Assembly (NCBI GenBank): GCA_046597055.1
Contig: JBKJLC010000284.1
Span: 1 to 64,000, forward strand
Length of the DNA: 64,000 nucleotides
Reading direction: 5' to 3'
DNA from: Kofleriaceae bacterium
GTDB taxonomy: Bacteria > Myxococcota_A > Polyangia > Haliangiales > Haliangiaceae
A model generated the notes under the pieces. It had not been told where the DNA came from. It saw only the letters and a program-made list of their open reading frames with translations, and made no database searches. The translations under genes and the position numbers were made by a program. Below, in pieces: positions 57,073-64,000 of the stretch (the stretch's first letter is position 1; every line of letters starts with the position of its first letter).

Positions 57073-57726
57073 TCAGTCGGGGACGCTGCGGGTCATCGGC
57101 ACGAACCGGACCGGGAAGATCGTCCGCTCGGTCCAGCTGTGCTCGGCGGTGCGGACCACGAGCTCGAGCTCCTGGTGCTCGACGCCGACCGGGATCACCA
57201 GGCGACCGCCGATCGCCAGCTGCCGCAGCAGCGCCGGCGGGATCGCCGGCGGCGCGGCGGTGACCAGGATCGCGTCGAACGGCGCGGCCTCGGGCCAGCC
57301 GGCGTGGCCGTCGCCCCGGCGGAGCCGGACGTTGACGTAGCCGAGCTGCGCGAGCGTCGCGGCCGCGCGCGCGGCCAGCTCGGGCACGATCTCGATCGAG
57401 TAGACCTCGACCGCGAGCTCGGCGAGCACCGCCGTCTGGTAGCCGCAGCCGGTGCCGATCTCGAGCACGCGCGCGCCGGGGCCGAGCTGCGCGAGCTGGG
57501 TCATCGCCGCGACCACGTAGGGCTGGCTGATCGTCTGGCCGCGGCCGATCGGCAGCGGGGCGTCGTCGTAGGCGTGGGCGTGGAGCTCCGACGGGACGAA
57601 GGCGTGACGAGGGACCGCGGTCATCGCAGCCAGCACCAGCGCGTCGTGGACGTCGCGGCCCTCGAGCTGGTCGACGACCATCCGGTGGCGCTGCGCGCTG
57701 GTGTCGAGCTCGGTGGCGAGGCGCAT
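57073..57726 (-). CDS. pcm: Protein-L-isoaspartate O-methyltransferase
   Basis: [43 protein letters not shown]. Confidence 0.97.
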   Translation of the reverse strand: MRLATELDTSAQRHRMVVDQLEGRDVHDALVLAAMTAVPRHAFVPSELHAHAYDDAPLPIGRGQTISQPYVVAAMTQLAQLGPGARVLEIGTGCGYQTAVLAELAVEVYSIEIVPELAARAAATLAQLGYVNVRLRRGDGHAGWPEAAPFDAILVTAAPPAIPPALLRQLAIGGRLVIPVGVEHQELELVVRTAEHSWTERTIFPVRFVPMTRSVPD

Positions 57727-57778
57727 GCCGGAGCTTACCCCCGGCGCTCGGGGGCGACGACCGGCGATTGCGCCCCGA

Positions 57779-58411
57779 TCAACACTGGTTGCAGGTGCCG
57801 GCCGCGGTGCAGCCCAGGCCGTCGCGGCACTGGTTGCCAGCACCGGTGCAGCGCACCGACGCCGCACAGGCGCCGTCGCCGGTGCAGGTCGCCGCGCACG
57901 AGCACGCGTCGCGGCAGTCGACCGCGCCCCCGCAGCTCTGCATGCCGGTGCAGGCGATCTCGCAGGCGCCGCCCCGGCAGGTCACGGGACCCGCGCAGCT
58001 CGCGGTGCCGCCACAGGTGAGGTTGCACGTCGTCGCGGTCGTGCAGGCGATGCCACCGGCGCAGGCATTGTCCCCGCCACACTCGACCCGGCACGGCCGG
58101 CCCGGCGGGCAGGTCACCAGGCCCGCGCAGTCTCCCGAGCCGGGACAGGTGATCACGCAGGTGTCGCCCTCGCAGCTCGAGCACTCGGCCGGACAGGCGG
58201 TGCTGCCATCGGGCCCATCGCCGCCGCCGGCATCGATGGCGACGTCGCCGCCCACGCACCAGCCATCGACGCAGGCCCGGCCGCCGGCGCAGGTGCCCTG
58301 ATCACAGCGATACCCGTCGGAGCGCGGCTCGATGCCACAGCCGGGACCGGCCGCGATCACCGCGGTGGTCGCCAGCGCGGTGGACACCATCGCGAGCAGC
58401 AGCCGGTTCAC
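57779..58411 (-). CDS. Very Cys-rich lipoprotein (33 Cys in ~210 aa)
   Basis: Hydrophobic N-terminus + GPGC; C-x3-C-xG-x3-C repeats; GTGA overlap with the upstream gene. Confidence 0.85.
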   Translation of the reverse strand: MNRLLLAMVSTALATTAVIAAGPGCGIEPRSDGYRCDQGTCAGGRACVDGWCVGGDVAIDAGGGDGPDGSTACPAECSSCEGDTCVITCPGSGDCAGLVTCPPGRPCRVECGGDNACAGGIACTTATTCNLTCGGTASCAGPVTCRGGACEIACTGMQSCGGAVDCRDACSCAATCTGDGACAASVRCTGAGNQCRDGLGCTAAGTCNQC

Positions 58412-59346
58412 CAGCGGCCCTCCATCACGATGCCTGCGCCGTCCGGGCTCACCGCCGGGACCACCACCACGTCGGTGCGCCGGGTCCGGTACCACCAGAC
58501 CGCACCCCCGGCGATCACGACCGCGCCGCCGACGACCAGCACGTTGCCGATCAGCGCGTTGCGGCGTCCAGTGTCCTCGAGGTCGGCGAGCCGGTCGAGA
58601 TCGGCCGTGGTCTCGGTCGGCGCGGCGTCGATGTCGCCCTGGGTGGCCAGCGAGAGGCCCCAGAACGCCGCGCCGGCCAGCGCCACCGCGCCCCCGGCGC
58701 CGACCGCGATCGCCGGGCCCCGCCAGGCGTCGGAGCGGCCGGTCCCGGGGTCGACCGGCGGACCGACCGGGGGGCCGGTCGGGATCGGATCGGGCGGGCC
58801 GCCCGAGGGCGACGGCGCGCCAGTCCCCTCGGGCGGCAGGCCGGCCCGCGCTTCACCAGCCTCGAGCATGTCGGGCACCGCGGTCTCGATCGCGGCGAGG
58901 TCGGCCTCGCGGGTGGCCGGGCGGACCCGGAACCGTCGGGTGACCGGGGCGGCCTCCCGGGTGGCGGCGGTGATCTCGACCTCGGCCCCAGCGGGGACCG
59001 ACGTGATCCGCACGATCAGCAGCTGGTCGACGTTGAGCGCGGCCGCGACCGCGTCCAGGCAGTCCCGTCCGCTCGGATCACAGCCCACGACTGCCGCCGT
59101 GTCGGCCAGCGTGGCCGCGGCCTGGGCCACCGTCGCGGTGGTCCGCCGCGCCCCGCGCGCGACCGCGGCGGTCAGCGCGTCGGCGAGCCCGGCCAGGGTG
59201 GCCGGCGCCTCGCCCTCGCTCGGCAGCACCATCACGCGCGAGTCGAGCGAGCTGGCCCGGGCCGGAGCGACGAACCCGACGGCCGCGGCGAGCGCGAGGG
59301 TCCACCCGGCGGCCGACGTGCACAGGCGTCCGGATCTGCCCGACAT
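58408..59346 (-). CDS. Secreted partner protein with C-terminal hydrophobic hairpin and beta-strand
   Basis: Signal peptide; C-terminus [19 protein letters not shown] resembles the ends of the PEGA proteins. Confidence 0.75.
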   Translation of the reverse strand: MSGRSGRLCTSAAGWTLALAAAVGFVAPARASSLDSRVMVLPSEGEAPATLAGLADALTAAVARGARRTTATVAQAAATLADTAAVVGCDPSGRDCLDAVAAALNVDQLLIVRITSVPAGAEVEITAATREAAPVTRRFRVRPATREADLAAIETAVPDMLEAGEARAGLPPEGTGAPSPSGGPPDPIPTGPPVGPPVDPGTGRSDAWRGPAIAVGAGGAVALAGAAFWGLSLATQGDIDAAPTETTADLDRLADLEDTGRRNALIGNVLVVGGAVVIAGGAVWWYRTRRTDVVVVPAVSPDGAGIVMEGRW

Positions 59347-59368
59347 CCGACTGCGCAGGGTACGCCGA

Positions 59369-61108
<1,740 letters not shown>

Positions 61109-61295
61109 TTCCCGCCATGATAGCCCCGCAAGCCGGCGCGCCGACCGACAAACCACGGCGTGTGCATGACCTGCCATGGTTGTATGCCCGGACACCTCCG
61201 GATCATGGCGGGATCGCTAAGCGTTCCGGCAACTTCCGGCCCTCGCGCCCGGCGAGTCCCCGGACTACGGTGTGCGCGGAGACAAGGAGATACCC

Positions 61296-61931
61296 ATGAA
61301 GAACTTCCTGCGTACTGCGATCGCGATGACGACGATGGTGAGCCTGGCGACCGTGGCCAGCGCCGGTGACGACAAGGCTGTCGGCAAGCCGGTCCCCGCC
61401 GCCAAGGTCGAGCCCACCAAGACCGCGCCGACCCCGGCCAAGATCGACGGCAAACCGGCCGTCCCGATGACGATGCCGACCCCGCCGGTCGAGGTCGCGA
61501 CGATGGCCAAGGGCGCCGCCGGCACCTGGAAGTGCAAGGGTCAGGCGATCATGCCCGACGGCACCGCGGTCCCGATGATGGCGACAATGAAGGTCAAGCT
61601 CGACCTCGACAAGTACTGGCTGCGCAGCACCTTCGCCGAGACCGGCAAGAAGGCGGGCGCCTACAAGTTCGAGTCGTTCACGACCTACGACGCCGGCACC
61701 AAGAAGTGGCATCGGCTCCACGCCGACAGCATGGGCAACTCGGAGACCACCACCTCGGACGGCCTCAAGGACGGCAAGGTCACCTGGGAAGGCAGCTCGC
61801 GCAGCCACATGGGCGCCGCCAAGGTCCGCCACCACGAGGAGATGGTCGGCAAGGAGCTCAAGATGGTCGGCGAGTATTCGATGGACGGCAAGACCTGGTC
61901 GAAGGGCTACGAGGCCGCCTGCAAGAAGTGA
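61296..61931 (+). CDS. Secreted DUF1579-like protein
   Basis: SD AGGAG, signal peptide, GTWKC, TYDAGTKKW...DSMG, DGKTW. Confidence 0.8.
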   Translation: MKNFLRTAIAMTTMVSLATVASAGDDKAVGKPVPAAKVEPTKTAPTPAKIDGKPAVPMTMPTPPVEVATMAKGAAGTWKCKGQAIMPDGTAVPMMATMKVKLDLDKYWLRSTFAETGKKAGAYKFESFTTYDAGTKKWHRLHADSMGNSETTTSDGLKDGKVTWEGSSRSHMGAAKVRHHEEMVGKELKMVGEYSMDGKTWSKGYEAACKK

Positions 61932-61935
61932 CCGT

Positions 61936-61974
61936 CCGCGGGGCGCGCGTCGGCGAGCCCGACGCCCCCGCGGG
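61936..61974. terminator. GC-rich hairpin between convergent genes
   Basis: CCGCGGGG..GCGTCGG-loop-CCGACGC..CCCCGCGG; no U-tract. Confidence 0.35.
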
Positions 61975-61995
61975 CCGCGCCGCTCGGTTATCTGG

Positions 61996-62583
61996 TCAGT
62001 AAAACCAGAGGCCGAACAGCAGGTGCACCCCGATCGCCGAGGTCTTCGCGGCCTCGGTATCCTGGCCGCTCTTGGCGGTGAGATCGCGGTCGTAGGTCGG
62101 CCCGATCCCCACCAGCACCTGCGGGTAGGGCTGGAACACGAACGGCGCTGACGCGTTCAGCCGGAACGCGCCGATCGTGATGCTGCGGCCGAGCGCGTCG
62201 AGGCCGCTGGTGTTGCGATACGACAGCCCGACCCGGGGCCACCAGGTCGTGGCACCGCCGAGCGGGACCAGGTAGCCGGCGCGGCCGCCAAACAGGAACG
62301 ACTTGAGCGAGTCGTCGTCGTCGCTGGAGGTGCCCTCGAACCCGATCAGGCCGCCGAACGAGACCCGGGCCGCGACCGTGTAGTCGGCGGCCAGCCGCAT
62401 CGCGTAGTCGGTCCTGACGCCCGCGTCCTCGTCGGCGAGCGACGTCGAGGTGCGCTGGTAGTCGAACCGCGCGTCGCTGGTGATGATGTATTGCTCGGGG
62501 CTGGCGCCGAGCGGCTCGGCGGTGGCGGCGGCCGGCGCGGCGACCACCAGCGCGCAGGCGAGGACGAGACGGGAGGGACTCAT
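61996..62583 (-). CDS. Small outer-membrane beta-barrel protein
   Basis: Signal peptide, alternating strands (GGRAGYLVPL, WWPRVGLSY), aromatic C-terminus GLWFY. Confidence 0.78.
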   Translation of the reverse strand: MSPSRLVLACALVVAAPAAATAEPLGASPEQYIITSDARFDYQRTSTSLADEDAGVRTDYAMRLAADYTVAARVSFGGLIGFEGTSSDDDDSLKSFLFGGRAGYLVPLGGATTWWPRVGLSYRNTSGLDALGRSITIGAFRLNASAPFVFQPYPQVLVGIGPTYDRDLTAKSGQDTEAAKTSAIGVHLLFGLWFY

Positions 62584-62706
62584 GGCGGCGGGAACATAAC
62601 CACGTCGCCGCACATGGCGGCAGATCCCGGCGCCACATGCCGACCCTCGCCAGCTCTAGCCTTGCGTGAAGCGCGCGACCGCCACCCGCGCGGCCGCCAC
62701 GAGGCG

Positions 62707-64000
62707 CTACTTGCGGGTGCGGGCGACCGGCAGGGTGCCCTGCTCCATCATCCGCTTGACCGGGCCCGAGAGCGCGTACAGCAGCGCCGCGACCACGAGC
62801 GAGAACAGGATGAGCAGGTAGAAGATGCCGGCGAAGTGGTGCTGGGTCACGGTGCCATCGGTGGCGACCGTGGTGATCGCCGGCCCCAGCTGCATCGAGT
62901 CGGCGAGCTGGCCGAGCTTCTCCTCGGCGCGCCCGGCCAGGTAGTAGCCGATCGAGGTGGCGAGGAACCACATGCCCATGACGAAGCCGGCGAGCCGCTC
63001 GGGGGCGAGCTTGTTCATCGTCGACAGGCCGACCGGCGACACGCACATCTCGGCGGTGGTCGCGAAGAAGTAGAGCGCGAACAGCCACAGGCCGCTGGTC
63101 TTGAGCCCGTCGGCGATCGGGCCGAGCAGCGCCGGCAACAGCACGACGAAGGACACCGCGATCAGGACCATGCCGATCGCGAACTTGGTCACCGCGGTCG
63201 GCTCGCGATCGCGCTTGCGCAGGCCGATCCACAGGGCGGCGAACACCGGGGCCAGCAGGATCACGAAGCCGGCGTTCACGAACTGGTACTGGCTCGACGC
63301 GAAGTCGAGGCCGAACACCAGCTCGCGGTGGACCCGCTCCTCGGCGAAGAAGGTCAGGGTCGAGCCGGCCTGCTCGAACAGGCCGAAGAACGACAGGCAG
63401 CCGATGAACAGCACGCCCATCGCGCGGACCCGGCGGCGCTCGTCGGCGTCGCGGGCGACGAAGCGGTGGAGGACGACGAAGATGACGATCGAGATGACGC
63501 CGAGGCCGATGCCGAACGCGTCGGCGATCGTGTCCTTCGAGACCCCCGAGGTCGAGAAGATCCACGCGGTCGAGGCGGCGACGACCGCCACGCCGAGGCC
63601 GATGATCGCGAGCGCGGTCGGGGTCAGGGTCGCGGCCCGGCCCGGCTCGGGCGGGGTCGGGTAGCGGCCAGCGTCGCCGAGGTCCTTCCAGCCGAGGACG
63701 AACTGGATGAGCCCGATGCCCATGCCGACCGCGGCGGCGCCGAAGCCGAAGTGCCAGCCCATGTTCGGGTCGATGCCGTTGTTGGCGAGGATCGCGCGGA
63801 ACCCGGGGTCCTGCGCGAGGTACCCGCAGACCAGCGGCGCGATGAGGGCACCGATGTTGATGCCCATGTAGTAGATCGTGTAGCCAGCGTCGCGGCGGAT
63901 GTCGTTCTTGTCGTAGAGCTGGCCGACGATGGTCGACACGTTGGGCTTGAGGAAGCCGGTGCCGATCACGATCAGGCCGAGCCCGGGCAAGAACGAGGCG
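62707..64000 (-). CDS. POT/PTR family peptide:H+ symporter (5'-truncated)
   Basis: GTGFLKPN, YYMGINIG, FEQAGS, EMCVSPVGLS. Confidence 0.96.
   Translation of the reverse strand, partial: ASFLPGLGLIVIGTGFLKPNVSTIVGQLYDKNDIRRDAGYTIYYMGINIGALIAPLVCGYLAQDPGFRAILANNGIDPNMGWHFGFGAAAVGMGIGLIQFVLGWKDLGDAGRYPTPPEPGRAATLTPTALAIIGLGVAVVAASTAWIFSTSGVSKDTIADAFGIGLGVISIVIFVVLHRFVARDADERRRVRAMGVLFIGCLSFFGLFEQAGSTLTFFAEERVHRELVFGLDFASSQYQFVNAGFVILLAPVFAALWIGLRKRDREPTAVTKFAIGMVLIAVSFVVLLPALLGPIADGLKTSGLWLFALYFFATTAEMCVSPVGLSTMNKLAPERLAGFVMGMWFLATSIGYYLAGRAEEKLGQLADSMQLGPAITTVATDGTVTQHHFAGIFYLLILFSLVVAALLYALSGPVKRMMEQGTLPVARTRK

Overview
Very GC-rich bacterial chromosomal DNA, most likely Myxococcota (Kofleriaceae/Haliangiales-like, inferred from Hanks-type Ser/Thr kinases, PEGA/TPR proteins, an FHA-sigma54 activator and many Cys-rich lipoproteins). 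About 55 plausible genes. Housekeeping genes: amtB, argH-lysA-tlyA, gatCAB, pcm, POT and DASS transporters. Accessory genes: two kinase + secreted partner + lipoprotein operons, an orphan DNA methyltransferase with DUF72, and many lipoproteins. I found no rRNA, tRNA, CRISPR-cas, transposase or integrase. Best candidates for something new: (1) a translationally coupled pair of a Cys-rich lipopeptide and a ferritin-like diiron enzyme (RiPP-like); (2) a split, cytoplasmic, minimal copper-amine-oxidase-like gene pair with an altered cofactor motif; (3) a pervasive leaderless-promoter signature (TANNNT 5-9 nt before the start codon); (4) a switch-like amtB 5' leader; (5) a 45-aa small ORF under twin palindromic operators ahead of an XRE-cupin regulator; (6) several REP-like repeat families, one beside an internally deleted kinase pseudogene. 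All calls come from reading motifs by eye; no searches were run, and many start codons were re-chosen relative to the ORF track.
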